Assembly: GCF_036321535.1 (NCBI RefSeq)
Contig: NC_087447.1
Span: forward strand, 43,526,001-43,590,000
DNA length: 64,000 bases
Source: Camelus dromedarius
Lineage: Eukaryota
Reading direction: 5' to 3'
Positions within the stretch are counted from its first letter, which is position 1; every line of letters starts with the position of its first letter. This document shows positions 49,601-64,000 of the stretch, in pieces. Both the position numbers and the translations under genes were made by a program. The notes beneath the pieces were generated by a model. That model made no database searches. It saw only the letters and a list, made by a program, of their open reading frames with translations, and had not been told where the DNA came from.

Positions 49601-50471
49601 GTTTTCTTGAGCACTGTCCTCGGTTCCTGTTTTATTGCACCTGTGGAAGCTGCACAAAGAGTCAAATGCTTTTCTCTGTGTCAAAAGTGACCCACAATTT
49701 AATCAGCCATGGCATTTCCCACTAATCATAGTTTTTCCCTCAAATCCTGGACTCTTGGGATAGATGGAGATCCAGTTATCAGAGGTATTCCTTCCTTTCC
49801 CCACCCCATTATCATCTCCATCCCAACCTTCCCTTTCTAGATAAGCCAAGAATCTCTTCCTTATTCCTGATTTTTTTTGTGGTTTTTCATAAGCAATGTT
49901 ACTATTTGTACTGCTCTGAAATTGCTTTTCTTTATTCAAAAATATTTACTCCATGTGAGTATACATTAATTGCCTTCATTCTTTGCAATGGCTCATAGTA
50001 TTCCAGAGCATTTAACAAGTATTTATTTAGCTGTACCCCTGTTAGTGCTTCACTGTGCTTGTATATCAGTAGTTCTCTTGGATGTATTCTAAGAATTTGA
50101 ATTGCTGGGTTAAAAGGTTTGCAGGACTTAAATTCCAATACTGCCAAATTACACTTAAAGAAAACTGCATTATTTTTACATGATGTTTTATACTAAAAAT
50201 CTATTAGATTAGACTTACTTTTTAGTTGTTTATTTTACCTATCAAGTTCTAAAAGTCTTGCATTATGATTGCAGATTTTTCAATTTCTCATATTCCTATC
50301 AGATTTTCCTTTAGACATTTAGACGCTTATATAGACATTTATATTAGGTATATAAATGTTTAACACTGCTATAACTTCCATGTAAATTGTACCTTTTATA
50401 AACCCTTTAAAAATATCTATATTGATTTGCTTTCCACCTGTAGTATCTGAGGGTACATATTCCCTCACTCC

Positions 50472-51398
50472 TCAGTTAACTACTAAGGCAATAGAAATAA
50501 AAGCAAAAATAAACAAATGGGACCTCATTAAACTTATAAGCTTTTGCACAGCAATGGAAACCATAAGCAAAACAAAAAGACAACCTATGGAATGGGAGAA
50601 AATATTTGCAAATGATGAGACTGCCAAGGGCTTAATTTCCAGAGTTATAAACAGCTCATACAGCTTAACAACAACAAAAACCCAATTCAAAATGGGCAGA
50701 AGACCTAAACAAGCAATTCTCCAATGAAAACATACAAATGGCCAAATAGGCACATGAAAAAATGCTTGATATCGCTAATTATCAGAGAAATGCAAATCAA
50801 AACTACAATGAGGTATCACCTCACACCAGTCAGAATGGTCATCATTAAAAAGTCCGCAAATGATAAATGCTGGAGAGGATGTGAAGAAAAAGGAACCCTC
50901 CTACACTGGTGGTGGGAATGTAGTTTGGTATAGCCACTATGGAAAACAGTATGGAGATTCCTTAAAAAACTAAAAGTAGATTTACCCTATGATCCAGGAG
51001 TCCCACTCCCAAGCATACATCCAGAATAAACTCTAATTTGAAAAAATACACGCACCCCAATGTTCATAGCAGCACTATTTACAACAGCCAAGACATGGAA
51101 GCAACTTAGATGTCCATCAACAGATGACTGGATAAAGAAGTTGTGGTATATTTATACAAAAGAATGCTACTCAGCTATAAAAAAGAATAAAATAATGTCA
51201 TTTACAGCAACATTGATGGACATGAAGATTGTCATACTAAGTGAAGGAAGCCAGAAAGAAAAAAATACCATACGATATTATTTATAAGTGGAATCTAAAA
51301 AAAAAAAAAAAAAGAGACAAACTTATTTACAGGACAGAAACAGACTCACAGACGTGGAAAACAAAACTGTTACCAGGGGTAAAGGGGAGTGGAGGGAT
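50472..51398 (+). mobile_element. L1 ORF2 3' end/3'UTR
   Basis: [38 protein letters not shown]. Confidence 0.9.
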
Positions 51399-53399
51399 TA
51401 AAAAATACCTAATTGTTCTATTTGGAAATCCAAATGACCCTGATATTGTCCAGGAGGATTCTTTTCACTCTTGCTGCTGCCTCCGAAGTTCTGTCACTCT
51501 AGAATTTTTCTAGCAGTTTTCCCCTAATAGGCATCTTTCCTTTAATTGGATTTCATCTGCTTTCTTTTTCATTGTTATTCAAATGGTCTTTTATGGCATT
51601 TTAAAAAATTGAAGCATAGTCAGTTTACAATGTTGTATCAATTTCTGGTGGGATTTCATCTGCTTTTTATCTTTCTAAGAATATTAATAATTTGGGTCCA
51701 TTAAAAATACCCTTTCCCTTTCTGGTTTTCCAGCACTACTATGAGGTCATTTATTACACATTTCTTATCATAAATGTGGATCAAGAACAGGAAGCCACAG
51801 TACGTTCTCAGACTGCCACTTTAATACAATTCCTAGGTGGGAGTCACTGACTCTGTCTTTATAGATGCTTTGTGTTTTCCCTGTTGGACAGGAGAAAACA
51901 CACTTGAAACTGAAGGCGAGCAAATGTGGAGATTGAGTTGAATTGTAAAATAATTAAAGTCAAGCAGAGAATGCCATGAAACTAGTCAAAAACAAGATGA
52001 TATTGTTTTTAAAAATTCAATCTAAAAAGGAAGAGATAATTTGGAAGTGAGAGGTGTAACAGAGGGAAACTGTGAAAAGGAAGAAGTACTTCTGCTTTCC
52101 TCACATTCAGTCTTAGAATATGAATGGGAGGATCCTAGGGAAGAGAAGAGGTTTAGTTATGCCCAGGAATTTCAGGAATATTGAGGAAAGGAAAAAATGG
52201 GAAGAGTGTTCCCAGAAGTAGTAGACATAGGGTATGGATAGCAGAGAAATAAACTTGGGCATAAGTGAGCATATCAGGAATGAGTGAAGAAAAAGGGAAA
52301 TGCCATCATATGGATTTGTCCAAAGCAGGACCCCATAAAGGCAAAAAAAACCCAAAACAAAACAAAAAAAAAACCATGCCCTGAAATGAAGAAGGTAGAG
52401 GAAAGGAAGTTGTATAAGCATTGTGTTTGCAAATGGAAGAGACATAACTAGCTCAAAAATTCTAGATGAAAATTTTGTATTATGCTTCAGACTCTGAAAG
52501 CTTTCTCCTAGGTACTAGAGTTTATGAAGATCACACTTTGGTGATACAATAGAGGACGAGGGTCAAGGGAGATGTAGTTTAGTGAGAAAGCCAGAGAAAA
52601 AGTAGTTCAGAATAAAACAAAGACAAAATGTCACAAACATAAAAGGAGAAAGGAGATTGTATTTTTTCCATAGAAATCTAGTTTAGGAGAGAAATTGTGC
52701 AAATGCATCATTGTTTTGTATGAATTTGGAGACTAGTGATTAATGAAAACCAAAAAAGAAAGAAAAGGGGCTTTTGAAAATCATTAAGTAAAAAAAGTGA
52801 AGGACTTTATATTGAATTAATGAACCTACTTACTAATTTTAAAATCATAGAAAGGAAACCAGATATTATGTGCCTCATGGTATGATGCAATAGGAAGTAG
52901 ACACCCCTGCTATAAAATTTATGGCCCAAAATCTAAGCTGAATCTGATCAAGACTCTATCTAGATTTTCCTATCAGTTCACAGGTCACACAGGGGTTATG
53001 GGAACACATTAAAAGGAATAGCTGAATAGCGATGCAATCAGCGAAACACATAATGTAGAAAATTCTAGAGGACTAAATAACCAATTTCTTCCACAAAAAT
53101 AATTGCTCAAACAAGAGAGAAGGAAGCTATAGCTTAAAAAGTCATGATATATAACAACTAAATGAAATAGTTAGACCTTCTTTAGATTTTAACTCAACAC
53201 AGTTGTGGAAAAAAATTTATAATACAATTGGGAAAATTCAAACAGCAAATATTTGATATTAAAGAATTACCATTTTTTTGGTTTACTAATGCATTGTGGT
53301 TATATTTTTATGAGTCCTTGCATGTGAAAGACATGTACTGAATTGCTTAGAGGCGAAATAAAATAATGCCTTGGATTTGTTTCAAAACAAGATTATAGA

Positions 53400-55680
53400 C
53401 AGAAAATGCTAAAGATCACCAAAATACTATTATAGCTCACCAATGAATTTGGTAAAGTTACAGGATACAAAATTAATATACAGAAATCTGTTGCATTTCT
53501 GTGTGCTAACAATGAGCTATCAGAAAGAGAAATTAAGAAAACAATCCCATTTACCATTGCATCATAAAGAATAAAATACCTAGGAATAAATCTAACTAAG
53601 GAGTTAAAAGGCCTATACTCTGAAAACTATACAACACTGACAAAGAAATTGAAGATAGCACAGATGAAAGATATATCTTGTTCATGGATTGGAAGAATTA
53701 ATATTGTTAAAATGATCAAACTAGCCAAGGCAATCTGCAGATTGAATGCAATCCCTATCAAAATACCAACAGAATTTTTCACAGAACTAGAACAAATAAT
53801 TCTAAAATTTGTATGGAAACACAAAGGTCCTGAATAGCTAAAACAATCTTGAGAAAGAACAAAGCTAGAGGTATCACACTCCCTGATTTTAAACTATACT
53901 ACAAAGCTACAGTCATCAAACCATTATGGTACTGGCACAAAAACAGACACAAAGACCAATGGAACAGAAAAGAGAACCCAGAAATAAACCCACCCACTTA
54001 TGGTCAATTAATTTACAACAAAGAAGGCAAGAATATACAATGGGGTAAAGACATCTCTTCAATAAATGGTGCTGGAAAAACTGTACAGCTACGTGCAAAA
54101 GAATGGAATTAGAACATTTTCTCACACTATATATGAAAAATATATATGAAAAATAAACTCAAATGTATTAAAGACTTAATCTAAGACCAAAAGCCATGAA
54201 ACTCCTGGAAGAAAATATATGCAGAACACTCTGTGAGATAAATTGTAGCAGTATCCTTTTGGGTCCACCTCCTAAGGCAAAGGAAACAAAAGCAATAATT
54301 AACAAATAGGACCTAATTAAACTGAAAAGCTTTTGCACAGCAAAGGAAACCACCATCAACAAAATGAAAAGACAGTCTACCAAATGGGAGAAATTGTTTG
54401 CAAATGATATGACCAATAAGAGATTAATATCCAAATATATAAACAGCTCACATAACTCAATATCAAAAAAAAAACAAAAACAAAAACAGCCCAATTAGAA
54501 AATGGGCACAAGGCCTGAATAGACATTTTTCCAAAAAAGATGTACAGGTTGCCTACAGGCACATGAAAAGATGCTCAACATCACTATTATTAGAGAAATG
54601 CAAATTAAAACTACAATGAAATACCACCTCACACCTGTCAGAATGGATATAGTCAAAAAGATCACAAATAACAAATGTCGGCAAGGATGTGGAAAAAAGG
54701 GAAACTTTGTATGCTGTTGGTGTTTAATTGGTGCAGCCACCATGGAAAACAGTCTGGAGTTTTCTTTAAAAACTAAAAATAGATCCAGCAATTCCACTAC
54801 TGGGTATATATCCAAAGAAAATGAAATCACTAATTTAAAAAGATACATGCACCCCATCAATTCATAGAAGCATTATTTACAATTGCCAAGATACGGAAGA
54901 AACCTAAGTGTTTATCAACAGATGAATGGATAAAGAAGGTGTGAGATATAAATATAGATATAGCTAAATGGAATATAACTCAGCCATAAAAAAGAATAAA
55001 ATATTGCCATTTGCAACAACATGAATGGACTTGGATAGTATTATGCTTAGTAAAATAAGTCAGACACAGACAGAGAAGGACAAATACTGTGTGTTATCAC
55101 TTATATGTGGAATCTAAAAAACAGAACAGTGTTGGCCAAGGGTTCGGTTTGAGTGTGGGGCGGGGCAGGGAGAGTGATGAATAGGTGGAGCATGGGATTT
55201 TCAGAGCAGAGTAACTATTCTGTATGATACTGTAATGGTGGATACTTGACATAGTTGTACAACACAGAATGAATCCTAATGTAAACTATGAGATTTAGTT
55301 AGTAATAATGTATCAGTATTGTTTCATCAATTGTAATAAATGTACCCCAGCAATGGAAAATTTTATAATGAAGGGAAAAAAACAAATGAATGGATCTAAA
55401 AAAACAGAAACAAACTCACAGATATGGAGAATAAACTAGTGGTTACCAGTGAGGAGAGGGAAAAGGGGAGGGGCAATATAGGAGTAGAGGATTAAGGGGT
55501 ACAGACTACTACATATAAAATAAATAAGCTAAAAGGACATACTGTGCAGCACAAGGAATATAGCCATTATTTTATAATAACTTTAAATGGAGTATAATCT
55601 ATAAAAGTTTTGAATCACTATGTTGTACATCTGAAACTAACATAATATTATAAGTCAACTATACTTCAATTAAAAAATAT
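53400..55680 (+). mobile_element. L1 ORF2 C-terminal half plus 3'UTR
   Basis: [35 protein letters not shown], 3'UTR and A tail. Confidence 0.9.
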
Positions 55681-57785
55681 AAGATTGTAGAGTTGTGAAA
55701 GAGTTATAAAAAAAATAAAATGGGCCAAGATGGGTTATTGTTGAAGTAGAGTGATGGGTACTTGGGGGTTCATTGTACCATTCTCTCTACTTTTATGCAG
55801 ATTTTAAGTTTCCATCACAAAAAGTCAAAAGGACAGCCAACCAAGTAGAAATATGAGCAAAAGACACAGATCTGCAATACATAGAAAAATAAATACTAAT
55901 TGCTATTAAATGCATTTGAAGCATTTGCTATCACTGATAATTAAGGAAATTAAAAATTAATGATGGACTATATTGCAGATTATGTTTTATGCACATAATG
56001 AGAAATTTGATACAGCAGCTCCACAGCATACTAGACACCTAGACTTCTATATTTCCCCTCAGCCATCCTTACCTTGTTCTTCTTGCTTGGAAGCCACAGA
56101 ATGATTGCTCCAGCTTTAACAGTTTTGTTCATTTTACAGGAAGGATGAAGGAGAAAAGCCTGGAGCCAAAAGGTTTACATCAGCTGAGTCCATCTAATCT
56201 CTTTATGGAGTATTCTGTGGACCCTAAACCAACAAGCAGAACTGAGTAAGAAGGCCTTTTCATATGCAAGGGAATCTGGAAAATGTGTTTTGTTTTGTTT
56301 TTAAATTGGGCACTTTGAAGCACCCAATAAAACCAGGGTTCTGTTACCAAGAAAAAAGAGGAGAATATACATGGCATAGACAACTAGAAAACTTCACCAT
56401 ATAATCTCAAATTAGTCACTACTATTTTTACTTTATACTTGGTTAGATTCACATATATTTCAGCAGGGTTTTTGTTTCCCTTTATTCACATCGCCTCTTG
56501 CATCCCTCTCCTTCCTTCTGGACTTAATTTCTTTCTTCTGATGTACTTTCTTCATTTAGTGACTCTCTCAGCAATGGTATGCTATTGGACCCTTTCAAGT
56601 GTTTTTTGCCTTGAAAATATCTTTATCTCACTCTTACTCTTAAATGATCATTTAGCTGGGCATAAAATTCTAAGTTGTTAGTTATTTTTCCTTAGGACCT
56701 TGAATATATTATTTTCTTACTGAATATTTGTGAGTAAAGTCTTTATTGGTGTTTGAGTGTCCTTTTCATAAGGCTGAAGTCTTGACTGTTTCCTAAGTTT
56801 GCAATTCTCACAAATTTTAGGCTTTAAAACTCATTTGCTTTGCATGTATATTCTTTGCATGTGTTGTGCTTTTGTAGATTTATTTTATAGAAGGGCAAAA
56901 CTTACCATAAGAAAGTTAGAGGCTTCTGGTTTGACATTTGCTGTTTGGGGGCAGATAATTTGTAAAAGTTGACAGAAAAAAAATCTCATATTCTGATGTG
57001 CTCATAAATGGTATTGGTCAATCCACAAGTGTTTCTCAAACACTGACTATGTCCCAAACACTCAACCAAGGAAAAAGAAGGCTTGGATATAATCAGAGCC
57101 ACCTCCCTGTGCTGTATCACCTGCCAGGTACAGAAGCAAAGGTGATTTAATTTTTGCCTTCTATAAATATAAAAAAAAATGATGAAAAAGTGTAGATTCA
57201 TAAATGCCTCAATGAACAGTAACCTAAATGACCATCTAGTAGCTTGACTTCCTGAGTGCACTACCAGATTATCGTTTACTCTCCTCTAACAAATGACTAT
57301 AACCATCCATTTATAATACCTATTTGGAAAACAAGAGAAAAACAAATGTTTTAATATATTCTGATGAGTTGTTTGCAAGCATGTAGGAAAGTCTATCCTT
57401 GCAAACAGAGACAATTTTGATATTCAGTTCTCTCATAGAAAGCGGTAACCTGTCCCTAGAAGCAAGTAATGTTTGCAGATGGAAACTTTAGACACCTAAC
57501 ACTTGGCTAGCCAGATGAATTCTGGAGGAAGCAATATGTTGATGTGGGTGTAATGGGACATGTACTATTGCTTGATCAAGACTATGCTTCTGCGGCTGCC
57601 TCCCTACATCTGCAAAGATCTTTGTAATAAACCACATTCAGAAACAGCATATGGACATGGTTGAGTGCCTTGTGTGTTGGTTAATGAATAACTTTCTTTT
57701 AAATTGGTATGTTGCTGCTCTCACAAGGCTATTTTGATTCTCTTTAGTCTCTCTAAAATTTCAGAGGAAAACTCTCAGTTTCAAA

Positions 57786-57873
57786 ATGCGTATGAACAAG
57801 AATAAGCTCATTTTACTACTTGGAATGATCTGTTTGGAACAAAGGAAATCTACAAGTCTATCTCTCCCCAAAG
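57786..57873 (+). CDS. OVCH2: Ovochymase-2 coding exon 1 (signal peptide)
   Basis: MRMNKNKLILLLGMICLEQRKSTSLSLPK then G|GTAAG; resembles recalled human MLISRNKLILLLGIVFFERGKSATLSLPK. Confidence 0.88.
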
Positions 57874-59996
57874 GTAAGTTCCAAATGAACTCTATAATTA
57901 CCTTTGTCTGAAGAAACGACCTTTGTTGGCAATGGGTATCACAGTTCCACTCCATATTCCTTTGGGAAAACAGGAGAGGCAAATGTATTTTGGAGATCTA
58001 ATTGGTTTTCATGTAATTAATTTTGACTTCTCTCCTGCAATCAGCATATTAAGCTGGCTAGAACACTTATGCTTATGGAATACATCTTGGACAAATTACG
58101 CTGATCTGGAGAAAAGTGGGATTTTTCACTTATTTGAACACATTATACAATCTCATGCCTTTCATGGAGAAAATTCTGGAAATCATCATAAATGTGGATG
58201 GATCTGTAATCTTTTAAAAAGTTATATTGCTGGGAAATAAGAAGCATGTTCACTGTGGTGTATTACATATATATAAGTGATCTTTTTTTCCCTCAAATAA
58301 CACAAGTTGAGAACAGTTCTTGGCAGGCTTCTCCATAGTCAATTTGTGCCAGCCTCAAGAATCATCATGTTTTCTGTCTTTGCTTCAGTGAGTTCAAAAA
58401 ATAGTAAATTTTGTGTCTAAGGAATTTATGATTCATTCAACTGAAACGGCTAGAAAATAGAGCTTTTGATTCAATGTCATACCTGCACTGAGCTCAGAAC
58501 CAAAAGACAGTGTTACATGCACATTTTGCCATTAATTAGCTGTGCATCTCTTTGATTCTTCATTTTCCTTTCTATAATGTGGAGGTTGTAGTGCTTGATC
58601 CACAGGCAGAGAATGGGGATTAAATGAGAAGTTACTTGAAAGAGCTTTGCATATGTTGACATAATCTAAATAGCTATGCTTTCAAGGATATGTTCTTAAG
58701 AAAAGTCATTTGTTCATCCTTCCAACTTTTCTAATTGTCTACTGTATGCTAGGAATTGTGCTAAACCTTGGAGATACAGAGATTAATAAGATATAGGGTT
58801 TTTTTCCTTCAAGTAGGTCATAGTACAATGAAGGAGACAAACAGACTATTATTACAATACTGCATGACAAAAACCATACAAGGGGAGAGAAAAGGGGTAC
58901 TACAGAGGAGAGACACTTAACACAATCTGAGAAAATTAAGGAAGATTTCTCAGTTGAGCTGATTTCGAAGCTGAAGAATAGCGATTGAAGGATTCAACTA
59001 GGTAAAATTAGGTGATTATGAGGCAAGGCATCTAGTACCTCCTAGAAAACATGTAGAAAAGAATGACTTGCTGTAGAGACAGAAGATGGGCCATCCTTGA
59101 CTTACCAGGCAGTTGTATACATCTTAATGTAGCCCATCTCTTAGCTGAGAAGTCAGAAATAAAACAAATAACAACAACAACAACAACAAACAGAAAAAGC
59201 AGAACAAATTTTGAGAATAAATAAGTAAATGCAACTTTTTCCAAGATAAAGTCTTTTCCATGAAAAGGAACGAGTCCTTTCTTCCATTACCTGGCAACCC
59301 ATGTATCCTACCACCACTCTGCTATGTGAATCAGCACACTGTCTTCTCTCCCCTCCACTATCACTGTACAACCTGCTACTTTCCACCCTCATAGAGAAAT
59401 AATCCAGTATCTGACTGTGTGCCAAGCACCATAGCCCATGGTCTCAGACTTAGTCTCCTGCATGGAACAGAGGAAAAGTTGTAAACACAATTACAATTTA
59501 AGGCAGACTATAGTATCATCTATTCGACCAATTAACTGAGCAACTTGTATGTATCAGAAGCTGTGCTAGATATTGTAGATACAGATATTTCAAGATTAAG
59601 TTTGTATCTCTGAGGCACTCACAGTCTAATGAGGTTGAAAGGCATGCAAATAACCACAACGGCATGTGATCAAAGTCATAGAAGTACAGAGTGCTAGGAG
59701 GAGCCTCTAGGGGCCAGATCGCTCAGAATCAAAAGGCATTTGCATTTGTGCTAACCCAGTGAAGATCTGATCTTCATATCAGAGAAGCACATCTCTTTAT
59801 GATATGCATGTTCTATGTGAAAGCGCTGAGCAGTCCCTTGTACTGCAAATCACAGCAAACCCCACAATTACAAAGCCATTTTGTAATATTTCTGCATGCT
59901 CCATGTCTTACAGTTTTTTCTTGCTCAGAAGAGTTTCCTATACCCCTCAGTCCTAGGAGCTATGGAATCACTAAGTTGTTTTTTTTTTTCCCCTAG

Positions 59997-60103
59997 CTCC
60001 CACTTGTGGGCAGAGTCTGATGACACGGCCTTGGAATTACCTTAATACTTTCAGTCGCATTGTTGGGGGAAGCCAAGTGGAAAGGGGTTCCTACCCTTGG
60101 CAG
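59997..60103 (+). CDS. OVCH2: Ovochymase-2 exon 2 (activation site)
   Basis: ccctAG acceptor; APTCGQSL..FSR|IVGGSQVERGSYPWQ; GTGAG donor; phase fits exon 1. Confidence 0.95.
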
Positions 60104-61684
60104 GTGAGTCTCAGGGAACATTCTCTGGAGGGTGGATTATGAGTTGTCTCAGGATTGGATCTCTCCCATGCTACTTACTCATCATTATGCTCCATTCTGC
60201 TTAGCTCATGACCAGAGCTTTCATGAGTGTGTACAGGGATCCAAGACCCTCATGATGTGCATCAGTTGAGTTCTAGAAGAGGTGTGTTCAGAATAGTTAA
60301 CGTTTACTATTATTGGCTTGCTCCAAAAGTTGGAAATGCCATCCCAAACTTTCAGTTCCTAAGACAAAACCCCACTTCAAATGTACCACTTAAGAAATAC
60401 TTTTCTGATTTAGTAAAAGTATTTACAATATACTTACCTTGTTGTAGTTAAAGATAATGAGGGTAGTGGTAGTCAAAAATGTCATATCCATAGATCTACT
60501 CTATGTTTGGGATGTAAGCTTTGTACCCATACCATAGGACCCCTCAGGGAACAATCAAGAGGATTGACTCCTTAGTAAGTAATGTCCTCTAAGAATTCTG
60601 TCTCAAACTAATTTCCTGGTTCTCCCATGCCATAGAATTGCCTTTGTGCTTCTGCCCCTAGCCTGTGGTGCTCATATTTATCATCTTTGAAACTCTCCCA
60701 ATTTTCTTTACCCTGGAAGTCATGTTGTATTCTTGCGTCTTCATTTTGTAAGTAGAGCAGTAGCTTTTTATTTCTACTTCTCTTGAGTCAGTCAGTATAC
60801 TAACTTTTAGATCAGTGGATATTTAGTAATGGTTGGTTGATTGAGTTTGTGTTCAGTGGGTTGATGGAATGGCTGAATCATTGTCACTTAACTGATAAAT
60901 TAGTTACTTGGTTGAAAAGTTGATTGATCAATTTCTTACTTGGTCAGTTGGTTGTCTAGTCAATTCAGAAGCCCATATTCAGGTCATAGTCAGGGATGAC
61001 TCATTGCCTTTTACTTACTTGTGTTTTATTCTATTCTTAGCCTTTTCTCTATATTAATTTTTCATTCCTCATTGAACAATTTTTAGTCTAAAAGGAGACG
61101 ATTCTAATAAGTTACTTTTTGCTCTAATTCCAACAATGGAATTGAAAGTATTTATCTGTACCCTCTAAGTCATGTTGAAATCAAACCAAATATTATGAAC
61201 AAGATAAATCAAAGACAGAAACTACATTGAAGAGGCAGATTAAAAATAAGCTTGAAGAAGTTGTAGAAGTCAAATAGTTAAAAGAGTATGAGAAAGTTGT
61301 AAATCCAGACTATTTCTCTAAGAGGCTTGGAGGAATTGGAACACATTTTGAGAAATTCCCTTAGCCCTCTCCTTGCCTTTATCCCAAACTTCTTCATCTG
61401 GACTCTGCTGTATCTTATGCTTCTTTTTCTTTCTCTTTATTCACAGATATTATTCATATTGTTAGAGCAACAGTCTGAGTCGACAGTATCATATAAATAA
61501 ATAAATATCCACCATATTTACCACCAATGTTACTAAAACCTCATAGCCAGTCATCTCAAGTTAACTTCCTATCCCACAGACCGCAGGTGGGAATGTTCTG
61601 GTTCCAGCATTGCTCTTCTTTCTGAGCTGTAGTATGATTACTTTTACCACTTCACAGTCCATGAGTTCTGATGTTTATGAGTAG

Positions 61685-61873
<189 letters not shown>

Positions 61874-63360
61874 TAGGGAAGACCTAGCCCATGGATGAAG
61901 GTCAGATTACCCTTCTTCTCCCTTGGAATCAGCTGTAATAACTATCAAAACATGGAGTGGTGTGATCTGTGCTTTAGTGGGGGAACATCTTAATAGTATA
62001 ATACAAGTAGGGCTCAATGACATTGTCAGAGAGTACTTAACTTGGTAGAAAACGTACATTCCTTATAGGAGTGAATACTTTGTTTACTTAAAATTGACTG
62101 GAAGTTAATAAGGAATAGTATTCAAGTGAGGAAAAAATCATCACAAAGATATATTTGTGAATGTTCTCTCCTAGTTTTCTTAAATTTCAGTGAAAAAAGC
62201 ATCCAATTCATTTTGCTTCTTAATAAATAGATAAAAGAAAACAAAGAGACACCAGGAAAACATGAAGAAGGCTCCTGTGTCCTCTTTCCCAGTGATCCTG
62301 CCTCTCTAAGCTTCACTCTAACAACTTCCATCTTTTATCCATTTTCTTGTGTGCTCCAAATGTTCTAATGTTGTCAATGCTCTTGCTGTTCATAAGGCTG
62401 CAATCAAGATTATGTCCCCATATTTGCCCTCTTTCATTTCAAGTCTACAAACATCTCCTGGGTATTCCCTTGGTGCTTGACGCTAGTGGGAAACAAGATG
62501 CAAAGATGACTAAGACATAATTCCTGCTCCCAGCGAGTTGATAGTCTAAAGAAGAGTCCCCTGATAATTTCACTGCAATGTGGCAAATGGTTAGGATAGA
62601 GAGATGTTATGTACTAGGTTAGGTACTTAATATAGCCAAAACCTAGGGAAGTGTGCCAAGGGAAATTGATATCCTCTCCAATTTTGTATAAAATCATCAC
62701 TTCTAGATCCACAGAGATAGTCCAAAGCTCTTAATCTATCTCAGTGCATCCTATCAAATTCCTTTCAGATAACTACTGCAGGTAGAAGGGGAATAAAAGA
62801 GTCTTTCCCATATTATGCTTGGTCTCCAAATCACAAACAGAAAGGAAGTAGGAAAAGATCCCACTTCTCATTGTTGTATGAAGTCCCAGAGCCCTCAGTG
62901 TGCATGCCTTCTGGGACATCGGAGTTATGGTGCTATTATGTCTTTTCATGGCATGCACTATGCATTAGATTTCTGACATTAAAGCAGCATACTAAGTGGG
63001 AATCACAGAGAATTCCCAAAGGATCTCACGGATATTGAGGCCAGGCCAACCATCTGGGGGAGCTGAATACAGCTTTAGACCCCTGAATTACAATGTATAT
63101 ACACCATTAGACATTTAACAAGTAACATTACAAAACATTCAATTTATCATATCATTGGCTCCATATGCAGTCACTCTTTACTAACCCCCTATTCCCATTG
63201 AGAACCTCTGCTTTTGAAATCATTCTTACTTTCTCTGTTCAGCAGTTTTAAACCCTACATTATCTATTCATGTCACTTTGAAGAGGCCAGTGTATCAACC
63301 ATTACAACTGTACTCAGAGGTTCAATGAAATCCATCCCTTTTACTGTTTCCTCCTCATAG

Positions 63361-63533
63361 AAATATTGTATCAACTTTGAATGTTACTGCTGGAGAACAT
63401 GACTTGAGCTATACAGAGCCAGGAGAGCAAACCCTCACCATTGAAACCATCATCATACACCCATATTTCTCCACCAAGAAACCAATGGATTATGATATTG
63501 CTCTTTTGAAGATGGCTGGAGGTTTCCATTTTG
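63361..63533 (+). CDS. OVCH2: Ovochymase-2 exon 4 (catalytic Asp)
   Basis: NIVSTLNVTAGEHDL..KKPMDYDIALLKMAGGFHF with AG/GT ends. Confidence 0.95.
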
Positions 63534-63899
63534 GTAAACATTTGAAGCTCACTCTGAGTTTTCTACCCCCTGTTCTCCATAACTTCTGTTCCATAGCACA
63601 TTTCCTGCAGTTTAAGTTACGTAGCATATGCTCAAGAGTTCTAGATCATGGACTTTCTGGAATCTAGGGTGCGGGTTCCCCTACCTGAAACCTTCTTTGC
63701 TTGTGGTTTTAGATGTAGGATTATGTGGAGTCAAGAGAAGGGCTTTCTTTGTTTGACAAGTGACCCCATGAGGTGCCAGACAGAGATACTACAACTCTTA
63801 CAAGGTCCTTGGGGAACCATCTAGAAGCCAACTGGGGAGTGGCTTATGGTGTCCTCTCCTCCATGGATGAGACAAGCCCTGCCTTGGTCTTTTCTTCAG

Positions 63900-63995
63900 A
63901 CCAGTTTGTGGGGCCCATATGTCTTCCAGAGCCAGGGGAACGATTTGAGCCTGGATTTATTTGTACAACCGTGGGCTGGGGCCGCTTGACTGAAG
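63900..63995 (+). CDS. OVCH2: Ovochymase-2 exon 5; gene continues beyond the window
   Basis: DQFVGPICLPEPGERFEPGFICTTVGWGRLTE then G|GTAAG. Confidence 0.95.
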
Positions 63996-64000
63996 GTAAG

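Noticed and set aside
47436..54867. Many 60-160 aa ORFs
   Set aside because: Fragments of L1 ORF2 or their antisense; no full-length L1 in the window
63377..63667. 96-aa ORF as a standalone gene
   Set aside because: It is OVCH2 exon 4 reading through into the intron

Overview
AT-rich mammalian genomic DNA, probably camelid, inferred from the young L1 3'-end family and the absence of recognisable Alu, BovB/Bov-tA or PRE-1 elements. The window holds the end of an OR5P olfactory-receptor cluster: four intact single-coding-exon ORs on the minus strand and a 5'-truncated OR10-family pseudogene on the plus strand. The first five coding exons of OVCH2 (ovochymase-2) follow head-to-head on the plus strand. 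Much of the rest is L1, L2, MIR and LTR debris. The main unexplained signal is an ~0.83 kb insert (6205-7040, minus strand) inside an old L1. Its degraded translation aligns, with correct motif spacing, to the N-terminal RdRp region of a negative-strand RNA virus (Mononegavirales/paramyxovirus-like) L protein, making it a candidate non-retroviral endogenous viral element. It is partly duplicated in a 1.5-kb-arm inverted repeat that also carries a 125-bp perfect-identity tract. All protein and repeat family assignments are from recall, not database searches, and repeat boundaries are approximate.
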